Positions 1 through 9,135 of a stretch of DNA of 64,000 nucleotides are shown in pieces. The position numbers and the translations under genes were made by a program. The notes under the pieces were generated by a model. The model searched no databases. It saw nothing but the letters and a program-made list of their open reading frames with translations, and had not been told where the DNA came from. The stretch is from a virus: the IMG/VR virus record IMGVR_UViG_3300036766_001793, positions 64,001 through 128,000 of that record, one strand, 5' to 3'. How positions within the stretch are numbered: the first letter of the stretch is position 1; each line of letters starts with the position of its first letter.

Positions 1-846
1 CTCCACGCGGAGCCTGTTGATCTCGCTGAACGAGCGGTTCCTGAGGCCCTTCGACAGCTCGGCCATGTCGACCGCGCGCTCGGACTTATCAAGCTTGGAC
101 GATGACCCGACGCCGGGGGCGACGGACTTGTTGATGCGGCTGACGCCGGCGGCGTCCAGGGCCTGCCTGACGCCGCGGTTGATCATGGCCTCCAGCCGGG
201 CCGCGGTCACGAAGGTGCCCTGGCCCTTGCTGATCGGGCCCGGACCGGCGCCTGGGCCGCCCTGGACGATGGTGTCGTCCTCGCCCGGGTTCGTCTGGTC
301 GTAGGGCCGGTTGCCTGGGGCGGTGTCGTCCTTCTCGCCGAAGCTCGAGGCCGCGTCGTCCTTGGCGACCTTGGAGCCGGCCTTGCTCGTCTTGGGCCCC
401 TTGGACTTGCTGGCCTTGGACTTGCTGGTCCTGGCGAGGTTCAGGGCGTCCTCGTCCATGTCCTGGACGTCCATCGGGTCCTGCTCGCCCTCGTCCTCGT
501 CCTCGGCCTCGTCATCGAAGCCCTCGTCGTCGAAGTCCTTCGTGAGCATGGCCTTCTGGACCTTGGCCAGAGCGTTGACGCTCTTGGCCAGCGCCCCGAG
601 GCTCTGCTCGATGCGGCCCATCCTGTCGTCCGAGGAGGCCAGTTTCGTGCGCGGGCCGTGGACCCTCTTGCCCTTGTAGGCCAGGTCGTCCATGTCGTCC
701 GCGGCGTCCCCCTCGGCCATGTCGTCGTAGTACTCGTTATCGCCGGTGCCCTGGTCACCCATGCTGCCGGTCGGGTCCCCGCCGAAGCCGTCGTCGCCGT
801 CCTCCGGATTCGGGGCCAGCTTGATGAGGGTGCTCGTCTTTGACAC
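1..846 (-). CDS. Acidic scaffold-like head assembly protein (3' end runs off the window; not in the ORF track)
   Basis: AGGAG RBS then GTG at 846. Manual translation MSKTSTLIKLAPNPEDGDDGFGG...IEQSLGALAKSVNALAKVQKAMLTKDFDDEG...LSKGLRNRSFSEINRLRVE stays open to base 1. D/E-rich, with coiled-coil patches and many hydrophobic-x-K-[AGSD] sites. Confidence 0.6.
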   Translation of the reverse strand, partial: MSKTSTLIKLAPNPEDGDDGFGGDPTGSMGDQGTGDNEYYDDMAEGDAADDMDDLAYKGKRVHGPRTKLASSDDRMGRIEQSLGALAKSVNALAKVQKAMLTKDFDDEGFDDEAEDEDEGEQDPMDVQDMDEDALNLARTSKSKASKSKGPKTSKAGSKVAKDDAASSFGEKDDTAPGNRPYDQTNPGEDDTIVQGGPGAGPGPISKGQGTFVTAARLEAMINRGVRQALDAAGVSRINKSVAPGVGSSSKLDKSERAVDMAELSKGLRNRSFSEINRLRVE

Positions 847-939
847 TGTTCAGTTCTCCTGTGCGCCCTTGCTTCCGGGCGCCCCCGGTGGGACGCACGT
901 CGAGAGTATGTTACGCATGCTCCTTTGGGTAACGAAACC

Positions 940-1323
940 CTACTGGGCCCTGGCGCTCGGGTACACTTCAAAGATGGCCCTCTGCGAGAGCTGCTCCCTG
1001 CCGCTAGGGAAGAGGACCGATACCTGGATCACGTACCATCCGGGGTCCACCGGGACGGCGGATGCTGGGCTCCCGAGGGCCCAGTCGTACTCGGCCTCGC
1101 CCTTGGAGGCGTTGACGATGGTCATGGGCGCCCTGGCGAGCTCCGGCCCAAGGGGCGCCTTCCGGCGCGGATCCCACCGCCTCACGATCCCCTCGACGTA
1201 CGCCTCTCCGCCGAGGTTGACGTAGCCCCCGGAGTCCCACAGGAGGACGACCGAGATCGCCGGCCCGGTGTCCCCCGCGAACATCGGGCCGAACTTGACC
1301 GGAACCGCTATCTGCTCTGCCAT
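940..1323 (-). CDS. BppU-N-like Ig-fold structural adaptor
   Basis: GDTGPAISVVL...IVNASKGEAEYDW...PGWYVIQVSVLFPSG pattern; leaderless -10 TAGAAT 6 nt upstream. Confidence 0.6.
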   Translation of the reverse strand: MAEQIAVPVKFGPMFAGDTGPAISVVLLWDSGGYVNLGGEAYVEGIVRRWDPRRKAPLGPELARAPMTIVNASKGEAEYDWALGSPASAVPVDPGWYVIQVSVLFPSGREQLSQRAIFEVYPSARAQ

Positions 1324-1339
1324 CGCACCATTCTAGCCT

Positions 1340-4300
1340 CTAGCCCGCTGGATTGGAAGGCACAGCCGGCTCGTTGGTGCCCTCCATCCTGAGCCTGACG
1401 CGCCCGTAGTGCATCAGGAGCCTGACCGTCAGGCTGGACGTGACCGCGACCGACAGGGCCTCGGAGGCCGACGCCGAGTCGCCAGCGACGGAGTTAACGC
1501 CTGGTCGATCGACGGCGACGGCGGACTCCGCGAGGGCAATGCTGACGGCCAAGCCCTCCGAAGCGCCACCGGAGTCGCTGCTTGCGATGTCTATGATGGA
1601 CAGGATGACGGACAGGATGCCCAGGCCCCGGAGCGAGACCGTCGGGGTCTGGTCCCCGGTCGCCGCCGCGAGGTTCTCGCGGATGTCAGTCCACGCGCCG
1701 TCCGGGGGGTCGTCCATCCTCCAGGCCGGGGCCGAGTCGTTCTGGAGGCCGACGTACAGGGCCCTCGACCTGTGGTCGTAGGCCACGGCCGAGAGCAGCG
1801 ACGGCCGGTAGGGGTCTATCGGGTCGCCCACGTCCTGGAGCGTCCTCCAGCCCTGGCCCTCAGACTGCGACAGCAGTATCCTGGCGCTCCGCGCCAGGAA
1901 GCTCGGGTCGCGCCTGACCGCGTATATGGAGGATCCGCGCCTGGTCGCATCGACGAACGGCGCCCCATCGCCGTACTGCTGCGCGACTGCCCAGGTGGCT
2001 CCACTATCGTCCGAGGTCCACAGTGTGGCTGGGCCAGGCTGGTGGACCCCGATAGAGGATCCCGTTACATTATAGAATGCCACGAAGCCATATGTCCTAG
2101 GCGGAGTTACATTGCCGACCGCTGGGTAGGACGGTATCAAGATCAGGCCACCGACTATCTCCAGGGCATGCGATGTAGCGGCTACGCTAGGCGAAGCCGA
2201 CACAAAGGTCGGGGTGTTCGAGAAGCAGTCGTACTTTCTCAAGCCGCTGTTAGTGTAGCCACCGCCAGGATATAGCACGTAGGCCGCGTCCTGGTAGGCG
2301 GCGACGGCCGACACGAACCCTGGAACGCTGACGGCCCCGAGCCGCGCCATCGGCCCCGAGATCCCCACCTTGACCAGCTTGGAGTCCCCCGACCCCGGGT
2401 AGACGGTCACGAACAGGGCTGTGCCCTCGCCGGACACGGCGCATCCTGGGGTCCCGGCGTCCTCCCCGGAATCCAGCGTGAGGGCCGAGTCGCGCGTCGG
2501 GAGCGGTCCCGAGATGTCCACCTTCACGATTCTGGCTGGGGCGGTCCTCGTGACCGCGTACAGGAAGGACCCGCTCGCAGAGAGCCCGGAGGGCTCGGCC
2601 TCGCCGGCGTCGAGCGTGAGGCCCCCGTCCCTGACCATGGCCGTCGGGTCGGAGACGTCCACCTTGACTATGGTCCCTGGCGTCTTGAGGAAGGCCAGGT
2701 AGAGGTAGCTGCCCACGAGAACCGCCGACGACGGGTGGTCCTCGCCTGCGCCGAGGGCCAGCGTGCCAGCCACGCCGACGGGCTCGGTCGAGATCTGGAT
2801 CGCCGTCACGGTGGCTGGCGCCCCGGAGTCCACGACAAAAACGTGCGTGTCGTTCCCGACCGCGGTGACAACCGAGGCTCCGGTCAGGTGGTGATATTGA
2901 GATATGTTAGGGCCATAACTGAACCACCCGTCCGCGGTGATCCCCCACTTCCTCCCGGTGGAGGTGGCCCCCGCCGCCACGGCGGTCTGCGTGGAAGGAG
3001 AGGACCCTCCAGGAGTAGGAAATGAGATTATAAAGGAATTCCCATTAGAGAAGTCACTCCCTATCCGCACGTCGGCCCTGGTCCCGCCGAAGACGAGCCT
3101 CCCGCCGGCGGCGCCCACCGTGACGCTGTCGGTGTGCAGGGCGCCGGGGCCGGGATAGTGGGATACCTGGCCGACGGCCGGCAGGGCTACGGACCAGCTC
3201 TGCCCGCCGTCACGGCTCGCGGCCACCTGCAGCTCGTCGGAGAACCTAGAGCCGCGCGCGACGCCCAGGGCGGCCACGCGCAGCGGGTCGTCCGGGTCGC
3301 AGACGACGTGCGCGTAGCTCGGGTAGCTGCCGCCCGTCCCGTAGGCCTGGTCGTCCATGACGCGGCCCCAGGTGAGCCCGCGGTCGGCCGACCTGAAGAC
3401 CTGCCTCTGGACGACCGCCCACCCGCGCGGGCCGACCCCGTCCGCGTGCCCGAGGGGGTCCGGCGACGCAGGCCGCCCGCCGTCGTTCCCCACGCCGTAC
3501 AGGGAGCCGCCCGCCGCCAGGGCGATGCACGCCATCTGCGGCGGCCCGGCCGGCGCGAAGGCCCTTCCGCCGTCCCCGCTGCGCATGAGCGGCCCCCAGG
3601 CGGTCGGGCCGGTCGGGGTGCAGGCGAACACCACGCCCTTGTAGGAGACGTCGAGGTCCTCGAAGGCGAACAGCCTCGTGCGGGCCTCGTCCTGGACCGG
3701 CCCGCGGGCCTCCCAGCTGTCGCGGACGCCGGAGTGCACGTCGACCAGGCCGCCGGCGGCGGCCATGATCGCGTAGCGGACCCTGTTCTGCGCCTGGTCC
3801 GCGTAGGACCCGAGGACCCCGAAGGTCTCGAGCGCCGCCGCGCGGTCGGAGAACCGGAGGTCGAGGGCGAAGGCCTCGGCCGCCGACCCGGAGTCCGAGA
3901 CGTCCGGGCCGGCCCTGACGGAGTCCTCGCCGCGGACGGCCTCCGGGAGGAGGACAGTGAGCGAGAGCCGCTCCGCCGCGACTGCCGACAGGTCCCCCAC
4001 GGTCTGCGGCTCCGACAGGATCTGCTTGACCATGTCGAGCACCTCCGAGACCGAGCCGGACTCGGAGACGGGGACGGGAACGCCCGAGATCGTCACATCG
4101 GCGGCCATGCCTGAGTCGTCGACAAACACGTCCACCGTGACGAGAACCATATCCGCACCGATGGCCTCCTCAGAGGCCGCAGACCCGACTGTGAAGGCGA
4201 ACGACTCGGCCGCCGAGGCGGCGTCGAGGGCCGAGCGCCCTATCGGCCCGACGGAGTCCGAGGCGGATGCCGAGTCAGAGACCGACCTCGCCTCGCCGGC

Positions 4301-5527
4301 GGTGGGCACGACGTCGACCGCCGTGGCCGAGTCCGAGACCATCGGCCCGGCCACCAGGGCCTCGAGGGCGGCGGAGGTGTCCGCCACGTTCTTGAAGATG
4401 GCGACCGCGACCGAGGCGAGGTAGACCGTGTACCCGTCCAGCCCGGGGTCGACGCCCTCGGCCCACTGCAGCACCAGGCAGTTGTAGTCGCTGACGTCGC
4501 GCCCGAGCCTCAATCCCCGCCACGCGCTCGCGCCTGGGTCAGTGTCGAGGTCGTACCTCGTCGAGAGGTCGGAGGTGTAGGAGATCCTGAGCTTCCGCTG
4601 GTCGCCCGAGACGGTCTCCGTCCAGCCGACGATCCACTGGCCGAAGTACCTGGAGACGGCCTGCGAGGCCGCCTGGGCGGCCACCGTCTGGGCGGCCCCG
4701 AGAGCGTTGGTCTGGGCCTCCCAGGTCCTGAACTTGGCCGTGCCGCCCTCGACGTAGGCGATGCCGAGCCTCCCGTTGGGGGCGTCGTCAGGGTCGGGGT
4801 TCCACGCCGCGTCAAGCGGCGCCGCCGGCGTTGGGGTGACGAAGAAGGTCTGCGCGGCGACCCACGCGAGGAGGTGCTGGGTGGGGGACAGGACGGTCGC
4901 CGACCTGGAGATCCTCACGAACCCGTCTAGCTCGAACAGGAGCCCCCACCACTCCACCCCGGGGAGGAACCTCAGGACGGGCTGGATCGGCTGGGCGCCG
5001 ACGGCCGCCGCCATGGCGTCCGACGCGGTGGCGGAGCTCAGGTCGAACGGGGCGTTGGAGGCGAGGGCCCTCATGACCGCCTGGGTCGCCGTCTTCTTGT
5101 AGAAGGCGGCGGCGAGGTAGCCGTTCGAGTCGACGTCCACCACGGCGTTCGAGAGCCCCTGGGACGCGGACCCTGCCTCGACGACCGCCTCGCCGGTCGC
5201 TGCCCACCCGGACCCGTTCCAGACGAGCACCCGGTACCAGACGCCCCACGCCGAGCTGAGCGCCGGGTCCCCGGGCCTGCTGTAGACGAGGTGGACGTCG
5301 CCGGTCCCGCGGTTCATCGCGCCGGCGGGGAGGACGTCCTGCCTGCTGCTGATCTGGGACTCAGCCTCCCAGGTCTGCCCGAGGTCCGAGGACGCGCGCA
5401 TGACGAGGCCTGTCGCCCCGAGCGAGCCGGCCTGGTAGACGGCGAGCACGGTCCTCGAGATGGGGTGGGCGAAGAGAGCGGCCGCCCCGGGCGGGGAGGT
5501 CGCGGACGGCGAGGAGGACAGGCTCAC
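1340..5527 (-). CDS. Large virion fibre/receptor-binding protein with BNR/Asp-box and LVIVD-like propellers and SDSAxAxD linker repeats
   Basis: Asp-box motifs SSDLGQTW, SADRGLTW, SRDGGQSW, SDDSGATW. True start is probably GTG 5527 (GGAGG RBS, GTGA overlap with the upstream stop). Confidence 0.65.
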   Translation of the reverse strand: MSLSSSPSATSPPGAAALFAHPISRTVLAVYQAGSLGATGLVMRASSDLGQTWEAESQISSRQDVLPAGAMNRGTGDVHLVYSRPGDPALSSAWGVWYRVLVWNGSGWAATGEAVVEAGSASQGLSNAVVDVDSNGYLAAAFYKKTATQAVMRALASNAPFDLSSATASDAMAAAVGAQPIQPVLRFLPGVEWWGLLFELDGFVRISRSATVLSPTQHLLAWVAAQTFFVTPTPAAPLDAAWNPDPDDAPNGRLGIAYVEGGTAKFRTWEAQTNALGAAQTVAAQAASQAVSRYFGQWIVGWTETVSGDQRKLRISYTSDLSTRYDLDTDPGASAWRGLRLGRDVSDYNCLVLQWAEGVDPGLDGYTVYLASVAVAIFKNVADTSAALEALVAGPMVSDSATAVDVVPTAGEARSVSDSASASDSVGPIGRSALDAASAAESFAFTVGSAASEEAIGADMVLVTVDVFVDDSGMAADVTISGVPVPVSESGSVSEVLDMVKQILSEPQTVGDLSAVAAERLSLTVLLPEAVRGEDSVRAGPDVSDSGSAAEAFALDLRFSDRAAALETFGVLGSYADQAQNRVRYAIMAAAGGLVDVHSGVRDSWEARGPVQDEARTRLFAFEDLDVSYKGVVFACTPTGPTAWGPLMRSGDGGRAFAPAGPPQMACIALAAGGSLYGVGNDGGRPASPDPLGHADGVGPRGWAVVQRQVFRSADRGLTWGRVMDDQAYGTGGSYPSYAHVVCDPDDPLRVAALGVARGSRFSDELQVAASRDGGQSWSVALPAVGQVSHYPGPGALHTDSVTVGAAGGRLVFGGTRADVRIGSDFSNGNSFIISFPTPGGSSPSTQTAVAAGATSTGRKWGITADGWFSYGPNISQYHHLTGASVVTAVGNDTHVFVVDSGAPATVTAIQISTEPVGVAGTLALGAGEDHPSSAVLVGSYLYLAFLKTPGTIVKVDVSDPTAMVRDGGLTLDAGEAEPSGLSASGSFLYAVTRTAPARIVKVDISGPLPTRDSALTLDSGEDAGTPGCAVSGEGTALFVTVYPGSGDSKLVKVGISGPMARLGAVSVPGFVSAVAAYQDAAYVLYPGGGYTNSGLRKYDCFSNTPTFVSASPSVAATSHALEIVGGLILIPSYPAVGNVTPPRTYGFVAFYNVTGSSIGVHQPGPATLWTSDDSGATWAVAQQYGDGAPFVDATRRGSSIYAVRRDPSFLARSARILLSQSEGQGWRTLQDVGDPIDPYRPSLLSAVAYDHRSRALYVGLQNDSAPAWRMDDPPDGAWTDIRENLAAATGDQTPTVSLRGLGILSVILSIIDIASSDSGGASEGLAVSIALAESAVAVDRPGVNSVAGDSASASEALSVAVTSSLTVRLLMHYGRVRLRMEGTNEPAVPSNPAG

Positions 5528-8055
5528 GGGGTCCTCCTGAGGACGCTGTTGAAGGCGAGGTCCCTCTCGCGCCCGGCGGCCTGGTCTGACATGTGGAGGT
5601 TGAGGCTCCACTCCACCTGGGAGCCGCCGGCCGCGGAGAGCCTCCTCTTGGCCTCCACCGACACGACCGCCGTCCGGCCGACGGACAGGGTGCCGCCGAG
5701 TCCGAACTCCACCGGCACAGCCGCCGCCGACGAGGACCTCCCACTCGCCTCCGCGAGGAGGACGCCGGACCGGAGGACCGAGGTCCTGTCGCCGAGCAGC
5801 CAGGCTATCGCCTCGCCGGTGATAGTGAACGCGCGCGGGTCTGCGGCGGCGGCCCCGAAGGCCCCGCCGGAGAAGGGGAAGAGCTGGATCCTCTTGGACC
5901 CCGCCGCGCCCACCGCGACAACCGTCCCGTTCGGGTGCCAGCCGGCGCCCCTGGCCGAGATAGGAGCGCCGCCGAGAGACGGGGCGACCACCAGGGCCCC
6001 GAACCCGGAGGCGTCGCTCCAGTGGAAGGTGAAGGTGTACGGTGAGTTCGCGTTGCTAGTGACCGTGATGTAGTCCTGCCCAGGCGCCCACGCGACGCCG
6101 TAGGCGTTCGGCACGGGGGACGGAGGCGAGGGCATCTTCACCGTGAAGCCGGTGACGTCGTTCCACCTGTAGACCTCTATGCCCGGGCTCGTGGCAATAG
6201 ATACAGCAACAAAATTACCATTTGGTGAGAAGGCCATCTTTTGTATGCCACCAAGCGGGGGGACTCCCGGCGCTGAATAAGCTGGACCGAACCCGCCTGC
6301 CCAGCGATAGGCTCTAAGCCACGGGGTGCCCTGTGTTGCCAAGGCCACAGCGTTCCCAGACGGCGCCCAGGCGACGTCGTACACAACAGAGTCCGGAAGG
6401 GGCGACGGATTAGCGTACTTAGTCCCGAAGCCACCGGCTCTCCCGGACCACACGTAGGCATGCAGGTAAGGGGAGAGCGTGGACCCGCAGACGATAACCA
6501 GCCCGTCAGGGGAGAACTTTACCCCCAGCACCGTGCTCCCCACCGGGGTGGCCTGGTCGGCGTACCTCTTCCCCCACCCGTTCTGCCATGCCCACGCTCT
6601 GAGAAACGGGGCGGAAGTGCCTCCCTCGGCGACGGCCAGCCTATCCTTCGCGACATCTAAGCTATACCCGGCAGACGGTTCATCGCCAGGGGGGAAGTCG
6701 GTGAAGGTCTTGAGGAAGGCGGGTCCGGCCACCGTGTATCCGATGAGCCCCGAGGAAACGGCCCCCGCCTCGAAGACGGCATCCGACAGCTGCTCCTTTG
6801 CTGCGAACGAGAGGACGGCCTGTATCCCAGTGTATAGACTCGGCGGATTCCGAAAGACGTTCCACAGCGGGAGGCCACCCACCATCGGAGAGACGGAGAC
6901 GGCTGCCATCGGCCAATCTACCACCGCTACTGCCTGGGACGGGGCAAATACATCGGTCTTATAGTCCCCATTCTGACCCAAGGACGAAAGAATGGAGAAG
7001 CCGTTAGCCTCGGCTACCTGGAGACCGATGAATGAGAGCATCCTGTCATTGTAGAACTTCGTCGTCGGGTAGACCGGCGCTGGAACTGAGCTGGTTAAGG
7101 CGGAGACACTAGAGAGAGTCGGAACGGCGGACAGGTACTCCCTGGCGTTCCGGTAAACCCTCAGGATGTAAGAGTGCTTGGAGGAGGCAGCTAGCGTAAA
7201 CACCCAGGACGAAGGCTCGCCAGAGAACTCCTTGCAAAGGACAGCCCCGTAGAAGCCCCCGGATGCCAGCGACCCCCGGACCTCCCAGCCTGACAATCCC
7301 CCGGACAGGACGGCCGCCGCGCTGCCGGCGAAGACGAAGAGGAACCCAACGTCCCCGTCCTGGGTGCCGGCTGGCTTCGTGACCGAGACCCCCACCCCGG
7401 TCGTGGACATCCCGTAAGAGGAGGCAACGTAGACCGGCTGGATGTGCCTCCCGGCCCCCTTGACGACCACGGCCGCGGCCGCAAAGTCCGAGGAGGACCT
7501 GGCCATTATGAGAGCCTGCGAATAGTTCATTCGGTCCCCCGCCCCGAAGGTCGACCAGTTAAGCGGGTTTGTCTGCCCCGGGACTGTGTCGAGGAGGTTG
7601 TTGGGCGAGATGCCCCCAATCACGAGGTCCCCCGCAACCGCTCCAGCCAGGCTGAAGACGATATCGGCTGCCGACGGGACACTGGACCCCTGATTGCCGG
7701 TGGAACCGAACGGGGTGCTCTGGTTCACGTCGGAGAGTATGTAGACGGCGACTAGTGGCTGCATGCTGCCGGAGCCGCCGCGCGAGATCACCAAGCTGGT
7801 CGCGATCGCGCTCGGGCTGGCCAACCCCCAGATCTCGACCCTCTTCCTGTAGGTCGCGTCGTAGATCTGGGTCCTGGACTCGAGCAGGGTGAGGCCGACC
7901 GAGTTCCAGGTCACCGCCGAGGAGAAGTTCGTCGCCCCGGCGCCCTCTACCCAGGACACGACCGCCACCATGGCGGCGTCCGCGAGGTCGGGATAGACCT
8001 CGGCCGCCACGGAGAGGCCGCTAAGGCTCACGAAGGCCCTCTCTACCTTGGCCAC
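5524..8055 (-). CDS. Virion structural protein with C-terminal WD40-like beta-propeller
   Basis: About 7 repeats of FGxKYAxPxxxP...V(A/K)(W/F)(S/A)PxG; N-terminal KPAGTQDGD phage fibre module. Confidence 0.65.
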   Translation of the reverse strand: MAKVERAFVSLSGLSVAAEVYPDLADAAMVAVVSWVEGAGATNFSSAVTWNSVGLTLLESRTQIYDATYRKRVEIWGLASPSAIATSLVISRGGSGSMQPLVAVYILSDVNQSTPFGSTGNQGSSVPSAADIVFSLAGAVAGDLVIGGISPNNLLDTVPGQTNPLNWSTFGAGDRMNYSQALIMARSSSDFAAAAVVVKGAGRHIQPVYVASSYGMSTTGVGVSVTKPAGTQDGDVGFLFVFAGSAAAVLSGGLSGWEVRGSLASGGFYGAVLCKEFSGEPSSWVFTLAASSKHSYILRVYRNAREYLSAVPTLSSVSALTSSVPAPVYPTTKFYNDRMLSFIGLQVAEANGFSILSSLGQNGDYKTDVFAPSQAVAVVDWPMAAVSVSPMVGGLPLWNVFRNPPSLYTGIQAVLSFAAKEQLSDAVFEAGAVSSGLIGYTVAGPAFLKTFTDFPPGDEPSAGYSLDVAKDRLAVAEGGTSAPFLRAWAWQNGWGKRYADQATPVGSTVLGVKFSPDGLVIVCGSTLSPYLHAYVWSGRAGGFGTKYANPSPLPDSVVYDVAWAPSGNAVALATQGTPWLRAYRWAGGFGPAYSAPGVPPLGGIQKMAFSPNGNFVAVSIATSPGIEVYRWNDVTGFTVKMPSPPSPVPNAYGVAWAPGQDYITVTSNANSPYTFTFHWSDASGFGALVVAPSLGGAPISARGAGWHPNGTVVAVGAAGSKRIQLFPFSGGAFGAAAADPRAFTITGEAIAWLLGDRTSVLRSGVLLAEASGRSSSAAAVPVEFGLGGTLSVGRTAVVSVEAKRRLSAAGGSQVEWSLNLHMSDQAAGRERDLAFNSVLRRTP

Positions 8056-8057
8056 GT

Positions 8058-8423
8058 CTAGGCGTCCAGCCGCCTGGCCGGCACGAGGACGAGCTTCCCT
8101 GACCCGGCGAGCCAGGTGTCCCCGTTGTTCTCCACCAGCTCGAGCTCCCAGTCGTACGAGCTGCCGCCAGGCCCGCCCCTGTCGACCGTGTCGGCCGGGG
8201 CGAAGTCTATCCTCATGACCCCGCCAGGCCCGTTCGTCACGACCAGGCCGGCCCCGACGGTCTTAGTGAGCCACGGCGTCTGCGGGCCGTCCACCCCGGT
8301 ATTGGGCTCGTAGGCGGCGAAGGTCATCTGGGCCCCCACGAGGCTAATCGGCTGCCTCGTCTGGTCCTTGATGGTGAAAACATGGCGAAATGTAGTCCCT
8401 TCCGGAAACCTAATAGCTGGCAT
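8058..8423 (-). CDS. BppU-N-like adaptor (similar to 940..1323)
   Basis: GTTFRHVFTIKD...PISLVGA...GVMRIDFAPADT...YDWELEL...LAGSGKL. Confidence 0.65.
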   Translation of the reverse strand: MPAIRFPEGTTFRHVFTIKDQTRQPISLVGAQMTFAAYEPNTGVDGPQTPWLTKTVGAGLVVTNGPGGVMRIDFAPADTVDRGGPGGSSYDWELELVENNGDTWLAGSGKLVLVPARRLDA

Positions 8424-9087
8424 TTGCCCTACCTATCTTCAAAAGCTCGGCCTCTGTGAACCTCACTACCGGCAGGCCATGCTCCTCCAGCAGCCAGGCG
8501 TCTCTCGCGGCGTCCCTGGCCGGGTCGTGCCAGCGCAGGCCGTCGGCCTCGAAGGCCATGTGGACCTCAGGCACGTAGGCGTCGACGAAATACCTCCCGA
8601 ACCGCTCGCCGGTCCTGACCTCCTGGAACCCTGCCAGCAGCACTCCGACCAGTATCCTCTCTATCCGAGTCCCGCTCGTCCTAACCCCGCGAGGGCCGGA
8701 ACATGGGATGCAGGCGCACCCAGGGACTGTCCCGATATGCTTCTTCACCCCTGCGCTGATCCTGGCCTTTCGCTCTTCGGTCACCGAGACAGTCGGGCCC
8801 CTCAGGGACCTCCTCTTCTGCCCCACGGACCTAGCGGCCTCAGGGTTACATTCCATGCAGAAGGGATGAGCCTTCCCGCATGACTTCACAGTCACTAGGC
8901 CCCCACCCTCCAACTGAGCTTTAATCCGCTGGCTCATAGCTTGCCGGTGCTCCTCAGTCCGAACAGCCCCCTTGCCCCACTGATTCCCCTTGAACTTTAC
9001 AGCAGTAGCCGGGCTGCACTCGCGGCACCAGGGGTGGGCCTTCCCACAGGACTTGATCGAGAACTGGACAGGGAACAAAGGCACCAC
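8410..9087 (-). CDS. Free-standing homing endonuclease, DUF559/Vsr-like PD-(D/E)xK domain with NUMOD3 motifs
   Basis: GRYFVDAYVPEVHMAFEADGLRWH...DAARDAWL...VVRF; TEEHRQAMS; duplicated KSCGKAHPxCxEC. Confidence 0.75.
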   Translation of the reverse strand: MVPLFPVQFSIKSCGKAHPWCRECSPATAVKFKGNQWGKGAVRTEEHRQAMSQRIKAQLEGGGLVTVKSCGKAHPFCMECNPEAARSVGQKRRSLRGPTVSVTEERKARISAGVKKHIGTVPGCACIPCSGPRGVRTSGTRIERILVGVLLAGFQEVRTGERFGRYFVDAYVPEVHMAFEADGLRWHDPARDAARDAWLLEEHGLPVVRFTEAELLKIGRANASY

Positions 9088-9135
9088 CTCTCAACCCATA
9101 CTGTAAGGCCCGGGCAGCCGGGCCAGGGGCCCTTC